Part shown: piece after piece, positions 1 through 8,100 of the stretch
How the letters are laid out: every line of letters begins with the position of its first letter
Position numbering within the stretch: position 1 is the stretch's first letter
Assembly: GCA_964497135.1 (NCBI GenBank)
Contig: CAZCDO010000003.1
Coordinates: forward strand, 1-58,181
Direction: 5' to 3'
DNA: 58,181 nt
Source: an uncultured Verrucomicrobiota bacterium
Lineage (GTDB): Bacteria; Verrucomicrobiota; Kiritimatiellia; CAIKKV01; CAIJXV01
Notes under the pieces: generated by a model
The model's database searches: none
The model's input: only the letters and a program-made list of their open reading frames with translations
What the model was told of the DNA's origin: nothing
Position numbers and translations under genes: made by a program

Positions 1-106
1 TCGTAACGAGCGTACAACCGTGCGCGACGGCGGCATAGCCACCCACGACAACAAAAGCCACCTGGCGTTGAATCAGGCGTTCAAGAAGGCTGGTGAGATC
101 ACCCAT
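1..106 (-). CDS. Nucleotidyltransferase-family protein, N-terminal part (runs off window edge)
   Basis: Read manually from ATG at 106: MGDLTSLLERLIQRQVAFVVVGGYAAVAHGCTLVT, matching the VVGGxAxxxHG..T start of small Pol-beta-like nucleotidyltransferases; overlaps the stop of the upstream ORF. Confidence 0.7.
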   Translation of the reverse strand, partial: MGDLTSLLERLIQRQVAFVVVGGYAAVAHGCTLVT

Positions 107-281
107 GATGTTTTTTCATACCCCGTCGCAACTCTAAAGCTGTCATGAGTGCACGGCTGTGTTGCTGAAGGCGTTCGGAAGGAGTTTTACGGCGATTGGC
201 GACTAAAAGAGACACATCAATGCCGTAATCCTTGGCTTGTTCCCAAGCGGATTTGAGGGTCTTTCCTGGTGCACATTTCAT
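99..281 (-). CDS. Small hypothetical protein, probable partner of the nucleotidyltransferase (TA-like pair)
   Basis: 60 aa, contains GIDVSLLxxNxRKTPxERL; overlaps the start of the NTase ORF. Confidence 0.6.
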   Translation of the reverse strand: MKCAPGKTLKSAWEQAKDYGIDVSLLVANRRKTPSERLQQHSRALMTALELRRGMKKHHG

Positions 282-322
282 AGCTGGAAGAGTACTAACG
301 CGCCGTGATCGCGACAAGTGAA

Positions 323-1675
323 TTAGTACACATAATCGACCGACACCTTGAAATGACGCGACATGCCGAGTCCATCCAGAAAGGGATCGCCGGTGTCCGT
401 CAGGAAGCGATCCAGCCGCCGGGTCAACTCGGCGCGGAGTCCGGCCGAGGCTGGATCGTCAGCCAGATTATGCAGTTGCCAGGGATCGATTTCGTTGTCG
501 TAGAGCATCCAGCACGACCGGTCGGTGCGCAAGGCGAAAGTGTGACGGGCGGTTCGCAGTCCCCGCCATTCTGGAACGGGAAAATCGGGACGAAAGACGT
601 ATTTACTATAAAAGGCGAGAAAAACGGCGTCGGGCTCCGGAGTGGTGCTTGGGCCGCGGAGCCAGGGGTTTACATCAACCCCTTCAAAGGATTTGGGGGC
701 TTCCCAGTCGAGAAGGCCCGCCAGGGTGGGGAGCAGATCCACGGATCCGATCGGGGTGGTGCAAACCCGGTTTTTCGGCAAGCCTTGCGGCCAGCGCAGG
801 AGGAGGGGAACCTGGACGGATTCTTCGAATGGAACGCATTTGTAGAGCAACCCTTGGGACCACATCATGTCGCCATGATCAGACGTAAAGACCACCAGGG
901 TGTTATCGGTGATTCCGAGGCGGTCTAATTCTCCGAGAAGTCGCCCGAGCTGGTCGTCCAGCGAGGTGATCATCGCATAATAATCGCGGGTGGTGGGCAA
1001 ATGAGACCACTTGGGATCCAACGATTCGCGAGGAATGGGTTTGCAGTTGGGGCGTAAGTGGAGTTTTTCCGGATCGTAGAGCGCGCGGTATTTGTCGGGG
1101 ACATAGCAGTAGTCGTTGTGGGGCGGGCCCCAGGAGAGGGCCAGGCAGAAAGGTGTTTGGCGGGCGTGCTGGTTGCGGATGAAGTCCAGGGCCAGATCCG
1201 TTTGAATCTCGGGCTCATAGCCGGATCGATGAATCAGCTCGGGGGTATCGAGGTAATATTTCGTATCGAAATAATCATGATGGGCATTATATGCGGCCCA
1301 GTAATCGTCAAAGCCGAGGCGATCGGGACCGGGCGGAGTGAAGCGGTCGCGCGGGCCGGCATCCATGTGCCATTTGCCGATGTAACCGGTGGCATAGCCA
1401 CGGGCCTTGGCCATCGTGCCGAGCGAGGGGAGGTCGGTGCGAACCGGGACATCGTTGAAGAGCAGGCGATGGGTGGTGGGATAGGTGCCGGTGAACATCG
1501 TCGCGCGGTTGGGACTGCAGATGGGGCAATTTGCGTAATGGCGGGAGCCTCGGACGCCTTCCGCGGCGAGGCGGTCCATGGCGGGGGTGATAATGTCGGG
1601 GTTTCCCGCGCAATGCATGTCCATGCCGCGCATCTGGTCGGCGAAAACGAAGAGAATATTGGGGTGGGCTGACAT
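323..1675 (-). CDS. Formylglycine-dependent (S1) sulfatase
   Basis: PNILFVFADQ, CSPNR (CxPxR), GKWH, SDHG motifs; start set at MSAHPN. Confidence 0.93.
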   Translation of the reverse strand: MSAHPNILFVFADQMRGMDMHCAGNPDIITPAMDRLAAEGVRGSRHYANCPICSPNRATMFTGTYPTTHRLLFNDVPVRTDLPSLGTMAKARGYATGYIGKWHMDAGPRDRFTPPGPDRLGFDDYWAAYNAHHDYFDTKYYLDTPELIHRSGYEPEIQTDLALDFIRNQHARQTPFCLALSWGPPHNDYCYVPDKYRALYDPEKLHLRPNCKPIPRESLDPKWSHLPTTRDYYAMITSLDDQLGRLLGELDRLGITDNTLVVFTSDHGDMMWSQGLLYKCVPFEESVQVPLLLRWPQGLPKNRVCTTPIGSVDLLPTLAGLLDWEAPKSFEGVDVNPWLRGPSTTPEPDAVFLAFYSKYVFRPDFPVPEWRGLRTARHTFALRTDRSCWMLYDNEIDPWQLHNLADDPASAGLRAELTRRLDRFLTDTGDPFLDGLGMSRHFKVSVDYVY

Positions 1676-1766
1676 GCCGTTGGATTTTGCCTGAAACGAA
1701 GGGGGGAGCGCAACCGAATTGTACAGCCTTGACTCCCCCCGTCTGAGAGACCAATATCCCGGGGAA

Positions 1767-2825
1767 ATGAAAGAATACCTCAACCTGCCCGACTCGTTCC
1801 AGGTTCATTACCAGGATGTGTATGCGCGCTACCGGTTGCTGTTTACGGATCCGGAGCGCTGTCTGCCGATGATTATTGTCAACACCCCGGCCGTGGGGAT
1901 CCCGTCTTGGGAAGAACGCCTGGCCGATCCGCTCGTGATGCTAAAGGCCGAACTCGACGTCCTGCGCCCGCATCTCGAGATTCGGGACGATCGGGTGCCG
2001 ACCGTGCGGATTCAGTTTGGCACCGCCCAGATCGCCGCCGCGTTCGGCTGCCGCATCGTCGTCCCGAAAAACAATCTACCGGCCGCCGGCGATCATGTTC
2101 TCAAGCGGGCGGAGGATGTGTATTCCATGAAAATGCCCCTCCTGGATGCCGGCTGGTATGGAAAACTGGCCGAGTGGACCGCGCTTTGGAAAAAACAATT
2201 ACCCCCGGGCATCCACATTCAGCATCCGGACATCCAAAGCGCCTTCAACACCGCCCATCTGATCCGGGGCAACGACATTCTGACCGATTTTTACGATCAG
2301 CCGGAAGCCGTCGAGGCGCTGTTGGATCGGGTGACCGATTACATGCTGGCGCTGACGAAACATCTCAAGGCGATGATCAGCGACGATCCGGATTGGTTTT
2401 TCGACTGGGGCGCCCTGTGGAAAGGGGCGGCGCGCATCAGTAATTGTTCGATGCAAATGATCTCGCCCCAATTTTACCGGGACCATGTGCTACCCCGGGA
2501 TCGGCGTTTTTTCCGGGGCCTGGGCGGCGGGCGCATGCACTATTGCGGAATCACCGGCGAAGTGCTCGATGATTTCTTTGCCGTGCCGGAAATCTCGGGA
2601 CTCGATTTCGATTCATCGCGGCATGACTTTTTTGCCCTCTGCGAACGGGCTCCGCGCCATCTCGTCCTCATGCCCGGCGGCTATAGGGCCGACGCGCCGG
2701 AAATAGAACGTCTGTTGGCGGGCGGGTGGCCGCGCAAGCGTAATTTCATTCTGCCCGTCTGGGCGAACTCGGTGGACCAGGGGAAAGATCTGCTGGCCCG
2801 TCTGCGCCAGTCCATGCCGTATTAA
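1767..2825 (+). CDS. Uroporphyrinogen decarboxylase/CmuA-methyltransferase superfamily protein
   Basis: DIQSAFNTAHLIRG, DFYDQPEAV, MISPQFYRDHVLP, MHYCG motifs. Confidence 0.65.
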   Translation: MKEYLNLPDSFQVHYQDVYARYRLLFTDPERCLPMIIVNTPAVGIPSWEERLADPLVMLKAELDVLRPHLEIRDDRVPTVRIQFGTAQIAAAFGCRIVVPKNNLPAAGDHVLKRAEDVYSMKMPLLDAGWYGKLAEWTALWKKQLPPGIHIQHPDIQSAFNTAHLIRGNDILTDFYDQPEAVEALLDRVTDYMLALTKHLKAMISDDPDWFFDWGALWKGAARISNCSMQMISPQFYRDHVLPRDRRFFRGLGGGRMHYCGITGEVLDDFFAVPEISGLDFDSSRHDFFALCERAPRHLVLMPGGYRADAPEIERLLAGGWPRKRNFILPVWANSVDQGKDLLARLRQSMPY

Positions 2826-2866
2826 TCCGAAAACGGAACTTATCCCTGCGCAACAGTGGAAGAGAA

Positions 2867-4159
2867 TCAACAGTGGGCCGTGGCCGCCAGGGCGAGAAAA
2901 TGCGCCAGATCCGCGTCGGTGTGGGCGGCGGAAATGAAACAGACCTCGAATTGTGAGGGTGGCAGGTAAATACCGTGATTTAGCATGTGGTGGAAAAAGC
3001 GGGCATACCGGGCGGTGTCGCACTTTTTGGCGTCGGCCAGATTGCGAAGGGGTGCTGCGCCGAAGAAAAGCGTGAAAAGTCCGCCGAGTTGTGCGCAGTG
3101 GGCCGAGCCGTCACGACAGATCGGCAGGTTTGCAAAGGCTTCCGCCAGTTGCTTCCCCCGGCGTTCCAGTGCCGGATACGGATTCTCATTGATCAACACC
3201 CGGAGGGTAGCCAGCCCGGCGGCCAGCGCCACCGGATTTCCGCTCAAGGTGCCCGCCTGGTAAACCGGCCCCAGCGGGGCGAGCCGGTTCATGATGTCCG
3301 CCCGCCCGCCAAACGCGCCGATGGGCATTCCGCCCCCGATGATTTTTCCCAGGCAGGTCAGGTCCGGCTGAAGACCCCACAGATGGCCCACGGTGGTAGG
3401 TGCCAACCGGAACCCGGTAATGACTTCGTCGAAGATGAGCAACGCGCCGCAAGCTGTGGCCGCTTTCCGCAAGGTCGCCAGAAAACCCGGTTCCGGCGGA
3501 ACCAATCCCATGTTTCCGGCGATGGGCTCCACGATGATGGCGGCCAGTTCCGAACCCTGTGCGGCAACAATCGCCTCCACGGCGGGCACGTCATTGTACG
3601 GGGCCACCAGCACCTCCGCCACCGCCGAAGCGGGCACGCCCGCCGAGCTGGTGATGCCGCCGGTGAGCAGGCCACTGCCGGCGGAAACCAACAGGTAATC
3701 CGCATGGCCGTGGTAACAGCCGTCGAACTTAAGGATTTGGGTGCGTCCCGTGAAGCCGCGTGCCAGACGGATGGCCGACATGACGGCTTCCGTCCCGGAA
3801 TTGACCAGCCGCACTTTTTCCATCGAAGGCACCTGGGTGCGGAGTAATTCCGCGAATTCAACTTCGGCCGGTGTGCAGGCGCCAAAGGTCAGGCCGTCGC
3901 CGGCCGTCCGGCGCACCGCCTCAACCACCGCGGGATGCGCGTGCCCCAAAATCAGAGGACCCCAGGATCCGCAAAAATCCAGCAGGGACCGACCGTCCGC
4001 CGTGGTCAGCCGGGCGCCGTGCCCCGCCGTCATATAGACCGGTGTGCCTCCGACCGAACCAAAAGCGCGAACGGGACTGTTCACGCCGCCGGGAATGACC
4101 TGGCAAGCGCGTTTAAACAGACTATCGGTTTTCGGTTCCAGGTTGATGGATTGACTCAT
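2867..4159 (-). CDS. hemL: Glutamate-1-semialdehyde 2,1-aminomutase
   Basis: PGGVNSPVRAF, GCYHGH, FDEVITGFR, GKIIGGG, YQAGTLSGNP. Confidence 0.97.
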   Translation of the reverse strand: MSQSINLEPKTDSLFKRACQVIPGGVNSPVRAFGSVGGTPVYMTAGHGARLTTADGRSLLDFCGSWGPLILGHAHPAVVEAVRRTAGDGLTFGACTPAEVEFAELLRTQVPSMEKVRLVNSGTEAVMSAIRLARGFTGRTQILKFDGCYHGHADYLLVSAGSGLLTGGITSSAGVPASAVAEVLVAPYNDVPAVEAIVAAQGSELAAIIVEPIAGNMGLVPPEPGFLATLRKAATACGALLIFDEVITGFRLAPTTVGHLWGLQPDLTCLGKIIGGGMPIGAFGGRADIMNRLAPLGPVYQAGTLSGNPVALAAGLATLRVLINENPYPALERRGKQLAEAFANLPICRDGSAHCAQLGGLFTLFFGAAPLRNLADAKKCDTARYARFFHHMLNHGIYLPPSQFEVCFISAAHTDADLAHFLALAATAHC

Positions 4160-4180
4160 TCGAATTCGACTCCTTTATAG

Positions 4181-4284
4181 GGTAGGGCGGTTTCGCCGAA
4201 ACCGCCGCGCTGCATCTCCTCTTTCACCAACACCGGTCGCCTCGGCCCATCGACGCGGCTCAGGGCAGGCGAGGCGGCCCTACC
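4181..4284. repeat. GTAG-type REP inverted doublet; second REP carries a 24-nt insert (4247-4270)
   Basis: ggtagggcggtttcgccgaaaccgccg ... ggtcgcctcggc[ccatcgacgcggctcagggcaggc]gaggcggccctacc. Confidence 0.85.
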
Positions 4285-4301
4285 TTGAGAATGCATTTTC
4301 C

Positions 4302-5294
4302 TTAACCGCCTTCGGCAAAAATCGAATCATACCGGCTCGCCCAGTAGGAAATGATCAGATCGGCACCGGCGCGGCGGATGGCGAAAAGGGATTCGCGCAC
4401 CATGGCGTGCAGATCGCCCATGCCGCGGTCAGCGGCGGCAATCAACATGGAATACTCGCCACTGACATTGTAGGCGGCGAGGGGCAGACGCGTGGTCGGG
4501 CGCAGGCGGGCGATGATATCCAGATAGAAGAGCGCGGGCTTGACCATCAGAATGTCCGCGCCCTCGGCTTCGTCCAATTCCGATTCGCGCAACGCCTGGG
4601 CGGTGTCGCGGTAGGACGCCTGATACCCTTGCCGATCCCCTTTCTGGGGCGCCGACTGTTCGGCTTCGCGGAACGGGCCATACAGGGATGAAGCGAATTT
4701 CGTGGAATAACTCATCAGGAGGGTGTCGTCGGAGCCGGCCTGGGCCAGGGCCCGCCGGAGGGTCAGGACCTGACCATCCATCATGGCGCTTGGGGCCACG
4801 CCATCCGCGCCCGCTTCCGCGTGGGACACCGCGGTTCGGGCGAGGTGGGCGCACGCGGCGTCATTATCCACCTGGCCATCCGGGCGCAGGGGCCCGCAAT
4901 GGCCATGGCTGGTATAGGCGCAGAGGCAGACATCGGTAAAAACCACGAGATGGGGATAGGCTTTTTTTACCGCCTTCACCGCCTGTTGCACGGGCGCCCG
5001 GGGGTTCCAGGCTTCGGATCCGTTGAAGTCTTTGCGCCGGGCCTCACCGAGTCCGAAGATCAGAAGGCCGCCGATTCCGAAGCGCACCGGTTTTTCCAAG
5101 TCGCGCAGAAGTGAATCGATGCTATATCGAAATTGACCGGGCAGGGTTGTGATGGGTTCCTTCACGTTCCGGCCCGATTTTACAAAGACCGGCCAGATGA
5201 ATTTTTCCGGGCCCGGCAGGGGCTCGTCGAATAAGCGGCGGCGTTCCGCCGTCAACCGCAACCGCCGCAACCGGACATCGGGATATGTTTTCAT
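4302..5294 (-). CDS. hemB: Porphobilinogen synthase (ALA dehydratase)
   Basis: RLRRLR, DVCLCAYTSHGHCG, YSTKFASSLYGPFR, MVKP. Confidence 0.97.
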   Translation of the reverse strand: MKTYPDVRLRRLRLTAERRRLFDEPLPGPEKFIWPVFVKSGRNVKEPITTLPGQFRYSIDSLLRDLEKPVRFGIGGLLIFGLGEARRKDFNGSEAWNPRAPVQQAVKAVKKAYPHLVVFTDVCLCAYTSHGHCGPLRPDGQVDNDAACAHLARTAVSHAEAGADGVAPSAMMDGQVLTLRRALAQAGSDDTLLMSYSTKFASSLYGPFREAEQSAPQKGDRQGYQASYRDTAQALRESELDEAEGADILMVKPALFYLDIIARLRPTTRLPLAAYNVSGEYSMLIAAADRGMGDLHAMVRESLFAIRRAGADLIISYWASRYDSIFAEGG

Positions 5295-8100
5295 ATAGGT
5301 CCTCGTTTTTCACTGACACCGGCCGCCTCGGCCCATCGACATCGCTCAGGGCAGGCGATGCAGCCCTACCTTCGGCCTGAGGTAAAGTGGTTTCGCCTGC
5401 CCTGAGCGGAGCCGAAGGGCCGAAACCACCGCTTTCCATTGTCCACACATGCGGCCAATCTTCCGGTGCTGTAACCAATCCAGCCCGCACCGGATTCATC
5501 CGAATATAATGGGCTTTTTCGACGAACGACTCGTCCTTTCGTAACCGGTGGTCAAAGAAGTCATCTTGCCAGACAATTCCCAGGGTACGGGCCGTGAACC
5601 GTTTCCAATCCTGCACAACACGGCGCATACCGGGGTCGCGTGCAAAACTTACCAAGGCATGCAGATGATCCGGCATTACGAGAACCAAATGCGGCCACCA
5701 CTGTTGTAGGTCTGCCCGATGTCGGATGCTATCCCAAAGCCGTTCTGGAATTCCGGTCTGACCCAGTGGAGCCAACCCGCGGGATTCTACACAGATCGTG
5801 ATGAAAAACACAGCCCCGGGTTCAACCCATGTGGGAATATCATGTGGGAGGGTCCTGCGAACCGGTCGGGCGCTTTCGCCATTCTTCCCCAACGGCCGTC
5901 TCGGCGAGACGGCCCTACCTTCGCCCTGAGGTAGGGCGCTTTCGCCGAAAGCGCCGATTTCTTTTTCGACCATCACGGCGGCCAGGGTTTGGATGGCCGA
6001 CTCGACTGACGCTTCCACCGCCACGCGTTCAACTTGAACCCCGTGTTTTTTCAATGCCGCCCAGGTCGGCTGTCCCATTGCCATAACCGTCTTCTCCGCC
6101 AGTGCGTTCGGCGGTTGCACGGCCAGATAGGCTTCAACGGCTGAGGCACTGGCAAAGAAAACCGCATCGAAGGCCGGGATCCGGTCCGGTCGAATCGGTT
6201 CAGTGAAGTATGACACCCCATCGGTCACGCGAAACCCCCTCTGGCCCAGCGCGTCCGCCAGGCCGGGCCCGGCCCGATGTGAGCGCAGGCGCAGGAGGGA
6301 GGCACCCGCGGGGAAGGCTTGTTGGGCCAACTCAAGGACGCCTTCCGCGCCAAAGTTGCGATCGGGTATTGCGTCCGGCGTCACCCCCTGGGCTTTGAAG
6401 GCCTCGGCAGTACCCGGACCCGCGACCAGTATCTTGGGCAGAGCCCGGACATCCAGCCCGGTCTCCGGCAATAGTTGCATCAGCATTCGTACGGAGGAGG
6501 GCGAAGTCACGACCAGTCCGTCGAAAGTCCGGATGGTTTTCAACAGGGGAAGGCAGGTGGGATCGGGGACCAACCGGATTAACGGAAGCGGGAGGGGAAT
6601 GCCGCCGAAATCACGAACGGCATCGACGGATGTTTTTTGAAGGGCATCACTACCGGGCAGGAGCACACGTCGGCCCTGAAGGGCGCTCCATTCCGGGTGA
6701 TAACCACCGGTTGCCACCGACCCCACGAGGATGATGCCCGGGCGGGAATCGGGGGATAGGTGTTGGTTGGTAGGTGGTGGGAGGTGCGCGGCCAATTTTT
6801 TAGCAATGTCATCCAAGGTGCCGCGAATGATGGTTTCATCCACCGATCCGGCATCGAACACAACGGCGACCGGCGTTGTTTCCGGCAGGCCTTCTGCAGC
6901 GAGTTGCGCCCCGATTTCATCCAATACGCCCACGCCCATGAAGAAGGCCAGAGGGAGTTCGGCGCGCGCGTCGGCCCGAACGGAACCGCCCCCCCCGTTT
7001 TGTTGGCGCGGGGTCATGACGGTAAAGCCGCGGGATACTCCCCTCCGAGTCAACAGCAATCCCGTGCCGGTGGTTGCCGCGTTCAGACTACTCACGCCCG
7101 GAATCACCCGGTAAGGGAGATGCAATGTGTCCAGCGTCTCGATTTCCTCAGCCAGCCGTCCAAAAATTCCAGGGTCACCGCCTTTGAGGCGGACCACCCG
7201 TTGCCCGCGCCGGGCGGCATCGGAGAGCAACCGGTTGATTTCAGATTGAGGAACCGTGTGATCGCCACAGCGTTTGCCCACATCCACCCGTTCCGCCTGG
7301 GGCGGCAATTGATCCAGCAGGCTGGCATCCAGCAGACTGTCATAAAAACAAATATCACAACGCGCCAGGGCGTCCCGCGCGCCGAGGGTGCAGGTTTCCG
7401 CCGAGCCACAGCCCGCGCCGGCAAAGATCGCCGCCTTGACCAGTAAACTGCGGATGCGCAGCCAGACGGGATCGCCGTCGCGGAACGTGAGGGCGAGATG
7501 GCCCTGTCCCCGCGGCGGGGGAAGGTCTTCCCGGGAGATTCCTTGGGTGATGCGGGATTCCCATCCGAGTCGCTGGAGTGCCGCCGCGGCCAGGATCAAG
7601 GCCTCATAGGGGCCGTTATCCAGTTGGGCGAGACGTTCGTCGATGGTTCCGCGAATGGAGACGATTCGGCCAGCGCTGAAAAATCGACGGACATAAGCTT
7701 CCCGACGTTGACTACTGATTCCCCAGACGGCATCCGGGCGCAGGGACTCCAGTGTTTCACCGCGCCGCAGAACGATCACATCCTGGGGGTTTGCGGGGTG
7801 GGGAAGCCAGGCCCAGTCCAGTCCCGGGGGAACCGGATCTTCCAGATCCTTGGCGCTATGGATGGCGCAATCGATCACTCTGTCGCGCAGGGCGTCATGC
7901 AAATCCCGGGTGAAAAAATCCGGATCGCAACATCTTAGGTCGGTGGCCTTGTCGCGGTCGCCCGGACTCGAAAAAGGGACGACGTTGAACCGGATGGACG
8001 GCAACAGGGGCTGAAGGGCGGTCACCGCTTCGGCGGCCTGAATCAAAGCCAACCGGCTGTTTCTAGTTCCCACCTTGAATGCTGGTTCGGATGCGTTCAT
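5122..8100 (-). CDS. HemC (no domain 3)-CobA-HemD fusion continuing in frame into a RAYT transposase domain
   Basis: GTRNSRLA, HSAKD, SSQRR, IRGTIDERL, GQG (HemC); VGKRCG, VRLKGGDPGIFGR, IPGVSS (CobA); VTSPSSV, FASASAV (HemD); then MPDHLH and YIRMNPVRAGL (RAYT). No stop until 5122. Confidence 0.9.
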   Translation of the reverse strand: MNASEPAFKVGTRNSRLALIQAAEAVTALQPLLPSIRFNVVPFSSPGDRDKATDLRCCDPDFFTRDLHDALRDRVIDCAIHSAKDLEDPVPPGLDWAWLPHPANPQDVIVLRRGETLESLRPDAVWGISSQRREAYVRRFFSAGRIVSIRGTIDERLAQLDNGPYEALILAAAALQRLGWESRITQGISREDLPPPRGQGHLALTFRDGDPVWLRIRSLLVKAAIFAGAGCGSAETCTLGARDALARCDICFYDSLLDASLLDQLPPQAERVDVGKRCGDHTVPQSEINRLLSDAARRGQRVVRLKGGDPGIFGRLAEEIETLDTLHLPYRVIPGVSSLNAATTGTGLLLTRRGVSRGFTVMTPRQQNGGGGSVRADARAELPLAFFMGVGVLDEIGAQLAAEGLPETTPVAVVFDAGSVDETIIRGTLDDIAKKLAAHLPPPTNQHLSPDSRPGIILVGSVATGGYHPEWSALQGRRVLLPGSDALQKTSVDAVRDFGGIPLPLPLIRLVPDPTCLPLLKTIRTFDGLVVTSPSSVRMLMQLLPETGLDVRALPKILVAGPGTAEAFKAQGVTPDAIPDRNFGAEGVLELAQQAFPAGASLLRLRSHRAGPGLADALGQRGFRVTDGVSYFTEPIRPDRIPAFDAVFFASASAVEAYLAVQPPNALAEKTVMAMGQPTWAALKKHGVQVERVAVEASVESAIQTLAAVMVEKEIGAFGESALPQGEGRAVSPRRPLGKNGESARPVRRTLPHDIPTWVEPGAVFFITICVESRGLAPLGQTGIPERLWDSIRHRADLQQWWPHLVLVMPDHLHALVSFARDPGMRRVVQDWKRFTARTLGIVWQDDFFDHRLRKDESFVEKAHYIRMNPVRAGLVTAPEDWPHVWTMESGGFGPSAPLRAGETTLPQAEGRAASPALSDVDGPRRPVSVKNEDLYENISRCPVAAVAVDGGTPPLIRRAPAGPGKIHLAGLCKIGPEREGTHHNPARSISI
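5321..5956 (-). mobile_element. REPtron: RAYT (Y1 HUH transposase) domain at ~5440-5860 flanked by REP doublets at 5321-5431 and 5893-5956
   Basis: RRTLPH, FFITIC, MPDHLH, WQDDFFDHRLR, YIRMNPVRAGL, DWP; GTAG/CTAC-ended hairpins on both sides with similar spacers ttcggcctga and ttcgccctga. Confidence 0.9.

Noticed and set aside
5790-5883. ATG with a purine-rich upstream sequence just before the RAYT domain as its start
   Set aside because: It is out of frame with the RAYT and stops after about 31 codons
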